Source of the DNA: an uncultured Rhodanobacter sp.
GTDB lineage: Bacteria; Pseudomonadota; Gammaproteobacteria; Xanthomonadales; Rhodanobacteraceae
Assembly (NCBI GenBank): GCA_903827735.1
Contig: CAIKJM010000127.1
Span: forward strand, 1-45,562
Reading direction: 5' to 3'
Length of the DNA stretch: 45,562 bases
Position 1 is the first letter of the stretch, and each line of letters opens with the position of its first letter. The notes under the pieces were generated by a model. That model was not told the origin of the DNA. It worked only from the letters and a program-made list of their open reading frames with translations, and made no database searches. Shown here in pieces: positions 8,445 to 17,877 of this stretch. Position numbers and translations under genes: made by a program.

Positions 8445-8720
8445 CCTCGCCTGTTCGGTAGCTCCGTTGAAGAGCGTGGGCGTTAGACGCAGCGCCACGG
8501 CGAATCGTCAAAGGCGCAGCGCCTAACTTACCGTCCGTGCTCAAGGGTTTTTCCGAAGGTGCCATGGCGTTTTATGCGCGCACACGGCGATGAAAAAGAT
8601 CGGCCACGTGAGGAAGCTTAGACGTCGTCATGCCGCCGTTTTAACTCCGTGCCCATCAGCATTCATTTGACGACACCGCCGGCCCGGCGGGTCGCGTCGA
8701 CGATCCATCCGGAGCTCGCC

Positions 8721-9098
8721 ATGCTGAGTCATCACGATGCAGTCGCTCGTATCGCCGTAAAAAATATCGCCGTCGCGAGACGCTTCTACGAAAACACTCT
8801 CGGGCTCACCGCCGTCGCAACCGGCGACAAGGATCGGGTCGAATACCGCAGCGGCCAGTCCACCATCCGGGTTTATCGATCCGAGGACGCCGGAAACACG
8901 CGGGATTCAACGCTTACCTTTGCTGTCGGCGACAGGATCGACATTCTGGCCCGCGCACTCAAGGCGAAGGGCGTGCACTTTCAGCACTATGACCTTCCGC
9001 AAACTTATATCGAAGGCGACGTCCATGTGGCTGGCGAACAGCGCATCGCATGGTTCAGCGACCCGGACGGTAACCTGCTGTCGATGGTCGGCGGCTAA
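8721..9098 (+). CDS. VOC/glyoxalase family protein
   Basis: 'ARRFYENTLGL' and 'AWFSDPDGNLL'; GGAG RBS before ATG 8721. Confidence 0.88.
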   Translation: MLSHHDAVARIAVKNIAVARRFYENTLGLTAVATGDKDRVEYRSGQSTIRVYRSEDAGNTRDSTLTFAVGDRIDILARALKAKGVHFQHYDLPQTYIEGDVHVAGEQRIAWFSDPDGNLLSMVGG

Positions 9099-9141
9099 CT
9101 GCATAGCCGCCGCATCTTCTCAGCGAACCCAATGGCGCACG

Positions 9142-9167
9142 TGTCGCCTCTGGATGTCGCCTCTGGA
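9142..9167. repeat. Perfect 13-bp tandem duplication
   Basis: TGTCGCCTCTGGA occurs twice, head to tail. Confidence 0.85.
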
Positions 9168-9360
9168 TAATGGATAGTGCTGTATAACCTAAGCCGGGCA
9201 TCCAATACGGAGCGAGGGCATTTGCCTCCTGTGGCTGCCAGACATCGGTATGGTCCCTGCGTTAACCTGCCTCGAAGTTTTATTCGGAAGACAGTGCGGC
9301 GGGTGAACGGTTAAAGAGAAGTGGTGCCAATCAGCGTTATCGTCGTTGGGAGAGCGAAAC

Positions 9361-10119
9361 GTGTCATCCGTCAATGAGCCGAAGCCCTGTGCGCTGTGTC
9401 GTGACGAGGTTCCGCTCGGCTTTGAATTCACCATGGCGTTCCAGCCCATCGTCGACATGCGCGATCGCAGCGTGTACGCCTATGAAAGTCTGATCCGCGG
9501 CGTAGACGGCAGCAGCGCCGCCAGCATTCTCGATCAGGTCACTGATCGCAATCGCTACACCTTCGATCAGGCCTGTCGGGTAACCGCGGTCGAGATGGCT
9601 TCGAGACTCGGCGTGACATGCTATCTGAGCATCAACTTTCTACCGAACGCGGTGTATCAGGCGAGCACCTGCATTCGCGCCACGCTGATGGCCGCAGAAC
9701 GCTGCAACTTTCCCACCGATCGGCTGATCTTCGAGATCACTGAAAACGAGCGGCCTGACCAGGCGCATTTGAAACACATCGTGGTGGAATACAAGCGCCA
9801 GGGCTTCAAGACGGCGTTTGATGATTTCGGCGCCGGCTATGCCGGGCTCAACCTGCTGTCCGAGTTTCAACCGGACATCATCAAGCTGGATATGGCACTC
9901 GTCCGCGACATCGATCACGATCCCATTCGTCAGGCTATTGTCCTTGGCCTGCTGGATATTTGCCGCGCGCTGCGCATCGAGGTGATTGCCGAAGGCATCG
10001 AGCAAATCGGCGAGCTGCAGATGCTGCAGTCGATGGGCTTGCACCTGTTTCAAGGCTTCCTGTTCGCTCACCCCGGCTTCGAGCAGCTGCCGGCAATCCA
10101 TTGGCCGGATGTTGGCTGA
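9361..10119 (+). CDS. Stand-alone EAL-domain protein (c-di-GMP phosphodiesterase-like)
   Basis: FQPIVD, YESLIRG (EAL variant), SINF, FEITE, DDFGAGY, IKLD, AEGIE, QGF; GTG start behind GGAGAG. Confidence 0.9.
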   Translation: MSSVNEPKPCALCRDEVPLGFEFTMAFQPIVDMRDRSVYAYESLIRGVDGSSAASILDQVTDRNRYTFDQACRVTAVEMASRLGVTCYLSINFLPNAVYQASTCIRATLMAAERCNFPTDRLIFEITENERPDQAHLKHIVVEYKRQGFKTAFDDFGAGYAGLNLLSEFQPDIIKLDMALVRDIDHDPIRQAIVLGLLDICRALRIEVIAEGIEQIGELQMLQSMGLHLFQGFLFAHPGFEQLPAIHWPDVG

Positions 10120-10241
10120 GCCCTCCGCAGGACGTTTCGCTTCATGCGCCGAAGTAACCTTCGCCGCCGCTTTGGCGAAGAACCCAGTGACGACACGCAT
10201 TGCTGCCTTCCATCCATCCGCCGTGTCGGCCGGAGCCTGCT

Positions 10242-10985
10242 ATGCACACATTCTTTCGACTGCCCGCCAAATTCCTGCTCGGCGCGTTTGCGCTGATCGC
10301 TTTCAGCGAGATCGGCTACGCCCAGGAGCCCCCGGCCACCGGGTCACCTGTCGTGGTGGAGCTGTTCCAAAGCCAGGGCTGCTCCTCGTGCCCGCCGGCC
10401 GAGGCGAACCTCAATGCGATCGCCGGGCAGCCGAATATCCTCGCACTGTCCTATGCGGTGACGTATTGGGACAACCTGGGCTGGAAGGACACCTTCGCCA
10501 GCGAGGCGTTCACCAACCGCCAGTACGACTATTCGCACTATCAAAAACAGGATGGCGTCTACACGCCGCAGGTCATCGTGAACGGGCAGACGGCCATTGT
10601 CGGCAGCGATCGCGCGCAGCTCGATCAAGTGGTCGCCGAGGCGCATGCGCGAGGTCCGTCGCTGTCGTGGGCCAAAGGCCAGCTGCAGGTCGGCGCAGGC
10701 CAGCCTAATGCTCCAGCTGACGTCTGGCTGGTCCGCTACGATCCGCGCACCATTAACGTAGCCATCCGCGCCGGCGAGAACAGCGGCCGCACGCTGCCAC
10801 ATCGCAACGTAGTGCGCGAACTGGTGAACCTCGGCACGTGGGACGGTCATGCAAAAACCTTCGCTATTCCCGCCGCATCCACACGCGGCCTGTCGACCGC
10901 GGCGCTGGTGCAGATCAAAAGCGGAGGCGAGATTCTCAGCGCTGCAAAAGATTCCAGCGTGAATACGGATACCGCCTCACGCTGA
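10242..10985 (+). CDS. DUF1223 thioredoxin-like exported protein
   Basis: VVELFQSQGCSSCPPA, VTYWDNLGWKDTF, YTPQVIVNG, GEN.GRTL.H.NVVR; signal peptide. Confidence 0.9.
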   Translation: MHTFFRLPAKFLLGAFALIAFSEIGYAQEPPATGSPVVVELFQSQGCSSCPPAEANLNAIAGQPNILALSYAVTYWDNLGWKDTFASEAFTNRQYDYSHYQKQDGVYTPQVIVNGQTAIVGSDRAQLDQVVAEAHARGPSLSWAKGQLQVGAGQPNAPADVWLVRYDPRTINVAIRAGENSGRTLPHRNVVRELVNLGTWDGHAKTFAIPAASTRGLSTAALVQIKSGGEILSAAKDSSVNTDTASR

Positions 10986-11079
10986 TTGCGCGCTGTTGAA
11001 AGCGCCCGTTGGAAGCTTGTGGATGGTCGATTAGCGCACTGCGATACTTCAGCTTTCGTTGTTCGATGGACGCTTCAAC

Positions 11080-11940
11080 ATGCTCGCGACTCGCTGGATC
11101 ATTTCCACCCTCGTATTCGCCGTTCTCGCGCTACGCGCCATGCCACTAACTGCCCAGCAGCTGCGCATCATGACGTTCAACGTGCGTACCGGCATCGCCA
11201 ACGATGGCGCAAACGACTGGAACCATCGCCGTGACATCATGGTGCGCACGATACGAGCGCAGCATCCCGACGTGCTCGGCACGCAGGAGCTGAACAAATT
11301 CCAGGGTGATTACATCGTCGGCAAGCTGCCGCAGTACCTGTGGTTCGGCATCGGCCGCCGCGGCGATGAGGGTGATGAACATATGGGCGTGTTCTATCGA
11401 GCCGACCGGCTGCGCGTCATCGACTCCGGCAGCTACTGGCTTTCCGACACACCAGACAAACCCGGCAGCATCACCTGGGGCAATTTTTATCCGCGAATGG
11501 TGACCTGGGCCGTGTTTGAACGCAAAGCCGACGGCCGGCGCTTTTATTACTGCAACACGCATTTTCCGTATCGCGATCAGGACGAGCTGGCGCGCACGCG
11601 CTCCGCCGAGGAAATTCTTGCCCGCCTGAGCGCGTCACCTGCCAATCTACCCATCGTTATGACCGGTGATTTCAACAGCGCGCCAGATAGGCCCGACCAT
11701 GCGGTGCTCACCTCGTTGCTGGACGACGCATGGATCAACGCGCAAAGCCGCAGCGGTCCGGAACAGACTTTCCATAATTTCAGCGGCGTGCCGGATCGGC
11801 GCATCGACTGGATTCTCTCCCGCGGCTTTCACGCGATCATGGCAAGCACCATCACAACCAGTGAGGGAAGCCGCTATCCCTCTGACCACTTTCCGGTAGT
11901 CGTCGCACTCGCCTGGCCGGCAACGCCAAAGCAGCATTAG
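11080..11940 (+). CDS. Exported endonuclease/exonuclease/phosphatase (EEP) family protein
   Basis: MTFNVR, GTQE, NTHF, GDFN, RIDWI, SDHFPV; signal peptide. Confidence 0.92.
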   Translation: MLATRWIISTLVFAVLALRAMPLTAQQLRIMTFNVRTGIANDGANDWNHRRDIMVRTIRAQHPDVLGTQELNKFQGDYIVGKLPQYLWFGIGRRGDEGDEHMGVFYRADRLRVIDSGSYWLSDTPDKPGSITWGNFYPRMVTWAVFERKADGRRFYYCNTHFPYRDQDELARTRSAEEILARLSASPANLPIVMTGDFNSAPDRPDHAVLTSLLDDAWINAQSRSGPEQTFHNFSGVPDRRIDWILSRGFHAIMASTITTSEGSRYPSDHFPVVVALAWPATPKQH

Positions 11941-11948
11941 CGCAAAGG

Positions 11949-12161
11949 CTAGTGCATCTGCGACAGCAGCTTTTCGCCTGCCGCCTGGGCAGCGGCGATC
12001 GCTTCCTCAGCTGACTGGAACACGCCGGCGACCTTGATCGGTTCACCGCGCAGCCCGTCCTTGTCTTCAATGGTGTACATGGCTTCGTAAACGAAGCTCC
12101 CGTCACTGGATGACTCAACCTGGGACGAGGGATAGATCTTGTAGCCAGATGCGTTGCTCAT
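11949..12161 (-). CDS. Small hypothetical protein (70 aa)
   Basis: GAGAG RBS; beta-rich N-terminus then C-terminal helix FQSAEEAIAAAQAAGEKLL. Confidence 0.7.
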   Translation of the reverse strand: MSNASGYKIYPSSQVESSSDGSFVYEAMYTIEDKDGLRGEPIKVAGVFQSAEEAIAAAQAAGEKLLSQMH

Positions 12162-12191
12162 CGGGGGTCTCTCGCGTCGGATGGCATCAGT

Positions 12192-12413
12192 CTACCTTGC
12201 CAGTTCCTGACGGCGAATCAGCGAACGCGCGATCTCGTCACCCGCAGCCAGCGCTTCGTCAATGGACGCGTACGTTCGGTCATTCTCTTCTTCCGGCCCA
12301 ATGCCAGGAACAGTGACGACAATCGAGATGCCGCGCTCGTGCTGCGACGTTTCCACGGTATACGTGGTGCCATCGACGGTGCGGGTATGGGTTTGGGGTG
12401 TAGAACCGGTCAT
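12192..12413 (-). CDS. Small hypothetical protein (73 aa)
   Basis: GAAGGAGA RBS before ATG 12413; C-terminal helix YASIDEALAAGDEIARSLI. Confidence 0.7.
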   Translation of the reverse strand: MTGSTPQTHTRTVDGTTYTVETSQHERGISIVVTVPGIGPEEENDRTYASIDEALAAGDEIARSLIRRQELAR

Positions 12414-12624
12414 GCGGCATTCTCCTTCGGACGAACGCGTAAGCTGATCTCGTGGCAGTGAAGAACGCATGACAGCGTACCTATGGGGATCGCGCTGCGC
12501 TGTCAGCGGCTAGCAAACCCGTGGACAGCGTCCATGCCGGATGGAAGGCTAAACGCGGCGGCCCGTTGTTGTGTCGCCTGCGCGCGACTCTCGCCTACCA
12601 ACGTCTTACCGATACTACCGATAG

Positions 12625-13704
12625 CTACGCCATAGCCGCAGGCTTCGACAACGTCGCCATATCGATCACCAGCCGATAGCGAACCTCGCCTTTCTCGAGC
12701 CGCGTGAAAGCTTCGTCGATCGCCGAGGCGGCGATAATCTCGACGTCGGCCGTGATGCCATGCTCGCCGCAGAAATCCAGCATTTCCTGCGTCTCGCGCG
12801 TGCCGGCCGAACCCGAGCTGCAGAGGCGTCGCCGCCCCATGGTCAGCAGCACCGGCGTGAAATCCATCGCGTCGGGAATACCCAGGCAACACAATGTGCC
12901 ATCCAGATCGAGCGCGAGCAGGTAGGGATCGAGATGGTGCCGGCTGGACACGGTATCCAGAATGAAGCGAAAGCGGTACTTCTGAGCGGCTATCGCCTCG
13001 GCGTCGGTCGACAGGATCGCTTCGTCCGCACCGAGCGCCAGCGCGTCGCTGCATTTGCCCGGCGAGGTAGTGAACACCACGACTTTCGCACCCAGTGCGT
13101 GAGAGAACTTCACCGCCATGTGTCCCAGACCGCCGAGACCGACCACGCCGATCGTCACGCCCGGCCCTATCTTCCAATGCCGCAGCGGTGACCAGGTAGT
13201 AACGCCGGCGCAGAGCATCGGCGCCACGGCCGCCGGATTCAGTCCCGCCGGCACGTGATAGACGAAATCCGCGTTGGCCACGTACTCATTGGAGTAGCCA
13301 CCGTAGGTCGGCTCGCCGTCATGGCGGTCCGTGCCGCCATAGGTCAGCGTGGGAAATTCGCGGCAGTAGGGCTCGTCGTGTTCCCGGCACGGGCCGCAGC
13401 GGCGGCATGAATCGACGATATTGCCGATCGCCACGCTGTCGCCCACCGCAAACCGGGTTACCTGGGCGCCCACTTCCGTCACTTCACCGACCATCTCGTG
13501 CCCAGGCACCACCGGGAAAGCGCGCCCGCCCTGAATGGCGTGCAGATCGGTATGGCAGACGCCGCAGTAGGTGATGCGCACGGCGACATCATCTGGCCGC
13601 AGCGCGCGGCGCATAAAGGCCCACGGCGCCAGCGGCTGATTCCTAGCGAAAGATGCCAGGCCCCAGGCCTGGCGCAAGGATGGAGCAGGAGCGTTCGATG
13701 CCAT
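12625..13704 (-). CDS. Zn-dependent NAD(P) alcohol dehydrogenase (cinnamyl-ADH / YahK-like)
   Basis: CGVCHTD, GHEMVG, structural Zn site C..C..C.......C, LCAGVT, GLGGLG, RYRLVID. Confidence 0.93.
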   Translation of the reverse strand: MASNAPAPSLRQAWGLASFARNQPLAPWAFMRRALRPDDVAVRITYCGVCHTDLHAIQGGRAFPVVPGHEMVGEVTEVGAQVTRFAVGDSVAIGNIVDSCRRCGPCREHDEPYCREFPTLTYGGTDRHDGEPTYGGYSNEYVANADFVYHVPAGLNPAAVAPMLCAGVTTWSPLRHWKIGPGVTIGVVGLGGLGHMAVKFSHALGAKVVVFTTSPGKCSDALALGADEAILSTDAEAIAAQKYRFRFILDTVSSRHHLDPYLLALDLDGTLCCLGIPDAMDFTPVLLTMGRRRLCSSGSAGTRETQEMLDFCGEHGITADVEIIAASAIDEAFTRLEKGEVRYRLVIDMATLSKPAAMA

Positions 13705-13814
13705 GGTGTTTTCCTGAGCGGATGCGGTTCGATGGGCGGAGCATCAGCCTAAGCGCCACGGCTTTACTTGATAAGATGGGTTGAACGGGATGAACTCATG
13801 AAGCACATGCAGCA

Positions 13815-14777
13815 ATGAAGCGCGATGAGCTCAACGATCTGGCCGCCTTTGCCCTGGTAGCGGAGCTGATGAGCTTTACCCAGGCGGCCACGCGCCTGGG
13901 TATGTCGGCCTCCGCTTTGAGCCATGCCATGAAGTCGCTCGAATCGCGGCTCGGTATGCGCCTGCTCGCGCGCACAACGCGCAGCGTGCGCGCGACCGAA
14001 GCCGGCGAACGCTTGCTGCGCACTCTGCGGCCTGCGCTGGACGATATTCAAGCAGGGATCGGCGCCTTGAGCGAGCTGCGTGAAAAACCGTCCGGCACCT
14101 TGCGCATCACGACGCTTCGGCAAGCAGCCAACAGCGTGCTGCTACCGATGATTCCCGACTTTCTTGCCGATTATCCGGAGATCGGCCTAGAGCTGACCAT
14201 CGATGAAGGTCTCTCCGATATCGTTGCCGACCGCTACGACGCCGGCATCCGCCACGGGCACAAGCTCGACAGGGACATGATTGCCGTGCGCATCAGTGCG
14301 GATATTAAAATCGCCGTCGTCGCCTCACCTTCTTATCTCGCCAAGCGCGCTATTCCGAAACATCCGCGCGAACTGGCCGAACACCATTGCATCAACTATC
14401 GCTACACCACCTCTGGCGGCACCTACCTGTGGCAGTTTGAAGAGGATGGACGTCCATTTCAGATGCGCGTGGAAGGACATCTTGCCTTCAACGATGGCGA
14501 CATGATTCTCGCCTCGGCGCTCGCCGGCCAGGGTATCGCGTACGTCTTCGAAGAAATGGTAACGGACCATGTTGTCAAAGGTCGGCTCACGCGGATGCTT
14601 GAGCCCTGGTGCCCCACCTTGCCCGGTTACTACCTTTATCACCCCAGCCGCCGCCAGACGCCGCCAGCGCTTTCAGCCATGATTGAGGCACTGCGTACAA
14701 GACTGGCCCAGGCTGAATCCCAGCGCGGGGCGACAATGCCGCCGCTTCGAAAAACCCGACAAAAGGCCAACCGGTGA
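13815..14777 (+). CDS. LysR-family regulator (CrgA-like)
   Basis: SFTQAA...SALS...LE.RLG.RLL.RTTRSV; divergent from the ADH. Confidence 0.93.
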   Translation: MKRDELNDLAAFALVAELMSFTQAATRLGMSASALSHAMKSLESRLGMRLLARTTRSVRATEAGERLLRTLRPALDDIQAGIGALSELREKPSGTLRITTLRQAANSVLLPMIPDFLADYPEIGLELTIDEGLSDIVADRYDAGIRHGHKLDRDMIAVRISADIKIAVVASPSYLAKRAIPKHPRELAEHHCINYRYTTSGGTYLWQFEEDGRPFQMRVEGHLAFNDGDMILASALAGQGIAYVFEEMVTDHVVKGRLTRMLEPWCPTLPGYYLYHPSRRQTPPALSAMIEALRTRLAQAESQRGATMPPLRKTRQKANR

Positions 14778-15850
14778 ATATCGATTTCCACTATGGCGTG
14801 ATCTATCTCGTCAGCCGCCTCGCCGGACTTGAAAAGCCGGATGCCGAGATCGTGGCGCACTGCTGCCAGTACGTGGATGACGCCACGGTCAGCGGCACGC
14901 TGGAGTTCGCCGGCGGCGAGAGCTACGAGCGCTTTGCCAGCGCGCACAAGATGTTCGATTACATGAATATCAGCAACACCAGCGACAAGCGCATCTGGGC
15001 GCCGTTCCACTTCCTGCCGGGCGGCGAAGGCAATACGCTGGAAGACAAATCCATCTGTAAGCCCGATAGCGCGATCGCACGCGACATGGTCGCGCACGCC
15101 ATCGCCAACCGCGGTGCCGAGAATGCGCTGCACCGCCTGGGCGTGACCCTGCATGTTTACGTCGACACCTGGGCGCACCAGAACTTTACCGGCACCATCA
15201 GCGACCATAACGTGGTGAGGTCACTGACGAGCGAGGATTACTCGCACGACGCGTGGCTCGGGAAACTGGAGCAACTGGCCAGTGATGCGGTGCATACGGC
15301 GCAGTCGGAACTTCTTGATCACCTGGTCAAGCTCGGCCACGGCGCAGCTCTGCATTTTCCCGACCAGCCCTGGGCCAAGTGGCAGTATCAGAACGGCCAC
15401 GGCCTGACCTTCCGGCGCGACAACCTGCCGATCTTTATGGAAGCGGCGGACATGGCGTATCGCGCCATCAAGGGATTTCGCCGCGGCAATACCGCCTTCG
15501 CGCAGGAGGAAGGACTGCCCGCAGAAACCCGGGCAGCGCTCGCGTCTCTACTGGCCTCCAATCGCGATGACGATCCGGTCAAACGGCTGGACGCACTGCG
15601 CACCGCGCTGGCCGAAGGCCAGGTGCCCGGCTTCGCCGAAACGGTGACGCCCTATATCGGCAAAGGCCACGGTTCGTGGAAAGACCAGGCCACCGGCATC
15701 ATTGACGACGACGGCGATGGCAAAGAAAAACCGGTGTGGTCCGAAGCCTTCGAACAATCCGACTACCGGAAAGTCCACGACGCGATCAAGGAGCATCGCT
15801 TCGTGGTGACGCAGGTGATTCTGCCCAAGCATGGTGTGCGGCTTGCCTAA
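14774..15850 (+). CDS. Conserved hypothetical protein, DUF6765-like; possible Zn-dependent phospholipase C / S1-P1-like helical fold
   Basis: MNIDFHY, QYVDDA, PFHFLPG, LGVTLHVYVDTWAHQNF, GHGAALHFPD; GTGA overlap with the LysR stop. Confidence 0.7.
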   Translation: MNIDFHYGVIYLVSRLAGLEKPDAEIVAHCCQYVDDATVSGTLEFAGGESYERFASAHKMFDYMNISNTSDKRIWAPFHFLPGGEGNTLEDKSICKPDSAIARDMVAHAIANRGAENALHRLGVTLHVYVDTWAHQNFTGTISDHNVVRSLTSEDYSHDAWLGKLEQLASDAVHTAQSELLDHLVKLGHGAALHFPDQPWAKWQYQNGHGLTFRRDNLPIFMEAADMAYRAIKGFRRGNTAFAQEEGLPAETRAALASLLASNRDDDPVKRLDALRTALAEGQVPGFAETVTPYIGKGHGSWKDQATGIIDDDGDGKEKPVWSEAFEQSDYRKVHDAIKEHRFVVTQVILPKHGVRLA

Positions 15851-15943
15851 GCCAGCTGATGTTTTTTGCGGCCAGAGCCGACACAAACAACGATACCGGC
15901 GGATATCGAATGATCCGCCGGCCTCCTTTTCTAACGTGCGAGC

Positions 15944-16705
15944 TTAGACAAACATGCCGCCGGAAGCTTCGATGCGCTGGCCGTTGATCCAGCGATTGGC
16001 GGGCAGCAAGAGCGTGGCGATGACGCCGCCGATATCGTCCGGCAAACCCGTGCGGCCAAGCGCCGTCACGGAGGCGATCATCTTTTTGATCTCCGGGTTA
16101 TCGCGCACGGCGCCGCCGCGGAAGTCGGTTTCGATCGCGCCCGGTGCCACGGTATTTACCGCGATGCCACGAGCGCCGAGTTCTTTTGCCTGATAACGCG
16201 TCAGCACCTCGACCGCACCCTTCACTGCCGCGTAGGCGGAGGAGCCCGGCATGGCGAAGCGCGCAAGACCACTGGAAATATTGATGATGCGCCCGCCGTC
16301 GGCGATCAGCGGCAGCAGCTTCTGGGTGAGAAAGAACACGCCTTTGAAGTGGACGTTGACCAGTTCATCGAAGTCGGCCTCGGTGGTGTCAGCGATGCTG
16401 GCATGCAGGCCGGTGCCCGCGTTGTTGACCAGAAAATCGAAGGTGTCGCGTTGCCAGGTCTTGCTCAGCACGTCGCGAACCTTGGCGGCGAAGGCGTCAA
16501 AGCTGGCGCTTTTGCCGACATCCAGCGGCAGCGCCACCGCCTTGCGGCCGAGCTTTTCGATCGCCGCCACCACGGCCGCCGCTTCCTTCTCGCCGCTGCG
16601 ATAGGTCAGGATGATGTCGGTGCCCTGCTGGGCCAGTTTCATGGCGCTGTTCTGACCCAGGCCGCGGCTGCCGCCGGTGATGATGGCAATAGTGGAGGTG
16701 CTCAT
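15944..16705 (-). CDS. Classical SDR oxidoreductase
   Basis: TGGSRGLG, LVNNAG, YAAVK (YxxxK), PGAIETD; AAGGAG RBS before ATG 16705. Confidence 0.93.
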   Translation of the reverse strand: MSTSTIAIITGGSRGLGQNSAMKLAQQGTDIILTYRSGEKEAAAVVAAIEKLGRKAVALPLDVGKSASFDAFAAKVRDVLSKTWQRDTFDFLVNNAGTGLHASIADTTEADFDELVNVHFKGVFFLTQKLLPLIADGGRIINISSGLARFAMPGSSAYAAVKGAVEVLTRYQAKELGARGIAVNTVAPGAIETDFRGGAVRDNPEIKKMIASVTALGRTGLPDDIGGVIATLLLPANRWINGQRIEASGGMFV

Positions 16706-16769
16706 GGGTAACTCCTTGGGGGTGAGTGGATGATTCGGTAAGCACACTCTATTGGTCTAAATGGAGATG

Positions 16770-16813
16770 ATAAATCGACCATATTAGATTTGTATGTTCA
16801 AATAAATCGACCA
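16770..16813. promoter_or_regulatory. Duplicated 12-bp site in the SDR/LysR divergent promoter
   Basis: ATAAATCGACCA at 16770-16781 and 16802-16813 (32-bp period) in an AT-rich spacer. Confidence 0.5.
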
Positions 16814-16844
16814 ATATACCGCCCCATTGAGAATATCTGGCCGT

Positions 16845-17753
16845 ATGAACACGCTCGAAGCCATGCAGATCTTCATCCGGGTGGCCGAACTGGCCAGCTT
16901 TACCCGCGCCGCCGACAGCCTTGGCATTCCCAAAGCCAGCGCCTCGACCGCCGTGCAGCAGCTCGAGGCCAGCCTGGGCGCGCGGCTGCTGCACCGGACC
17001 ACGCGCAAAGTGCAGATGACGCACGACGGCCAGGCGTTCTACGAACGCAGCAAGGATCTGTTGACCGATGTCGATGAGCTGCAGTCGATGTTCCAGCAGG
17101 GCGAACAGTCGCTGCGCGGGCGGCTGCGCGTGGACATGTCCGGCGGCGTGGCGCGGCTTTTCGTGCTGCCGCAGCTGGCGGAATTCATGCAGGCGCACCC
17201 GCTGATCGAGCTGGAGCTGAGCAGCACCGATCGGCTGGTGGATCTGGTGCGCGAAGGCTTCGACTGCGTGCTGCGCGTGGGGCCCCTTGTCGACAGCAGC
17301 CTGGTGGCGCGGCCGCTGGGCGCGTTCCGCATCATCAACTGCGCCAGCCCCGCTTACCTCGAACGCCACGGCACGCCGAAAACGCTGGACGACCTGGCAG
17401 CCCACCAGCTCATCCACTACGTCTCCACCCTGGGCGCGCGCTCGCCGGGCTGGGAATATCCCGACGGCGGCGGCTACGCCAGCCTGCCGATGGCGGGCAG
17501 CATCACCGTCAACAACAGCGACTCGTACACGGCCGCATGCATCGCGGGACTGGGTTTGATCCAGGCGCCGGCGGCGGGCCTGCAGCCGCTGATCGACGCC
17601 GGCCGGCTGGTGGAAGTGATGCCGGATTGCCGCGCCGAACCGATGCCGGTGTCGCTGCTCTACGCCAACCGCCGCAACCTGCCCCGACGCGTGCAGGCCT
17701 TCATGACCTGGATCACGCAGGTATTGCAGCCGCATCTGGAGCCGCTGGCCTGA
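16845..17753 (+). CDS. LysR-family regulator (CrgA-like)
   Basis: SFTRAA, LGARLLHRTTRKV, DLVREGFDCVLR; divergent from the SDR. Confidence 0.93.
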   Translation: MNTLEAMQIFIRVAELASFTRAADSLGIPKASASTAVQQLEASLGARLLHRTTRKVQMTHDGQAFYERSKDLLTDVDELQSMFQQGEQSLRGRLRVDMSGGVARLFVLPQLAEFMQAHPLIELELSSTDRLVDLVREGFDCVLRVGPLVDSSLVARPLGAFRIINCASPAYLERHGTPKTLDDLAAHQLIHYVSTLGARSPGWEYPDGGGYASLPMAGSITVNNSDSYTAACIAGLGLIQAPAAGLQPLIDAGRLVEVMPDCRAEPMPVSLLYANRRNLPRRVQAFMTWITQVLQPHLEPLA

Positions 17754-17877
17754 ATCGCTTTCGCCGGCAGAGTGGCGATCAAGCAGGGCCAAAAAACGCG
17801 TCCCTGTCTCTGCGCCATGGGCCATCGTTGACGCAACCCTCATAATGCCGGGCTGCCATCCAGCGACAGCGTGACCC

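Noticed and set aside
9189-9230. Minus-strand AGGAGG plus a 10-codon ORF (MPSLRIGCPA)
   Set aside because: Short SD spacing and a tiny ORF; cannot be distinguished from chance.
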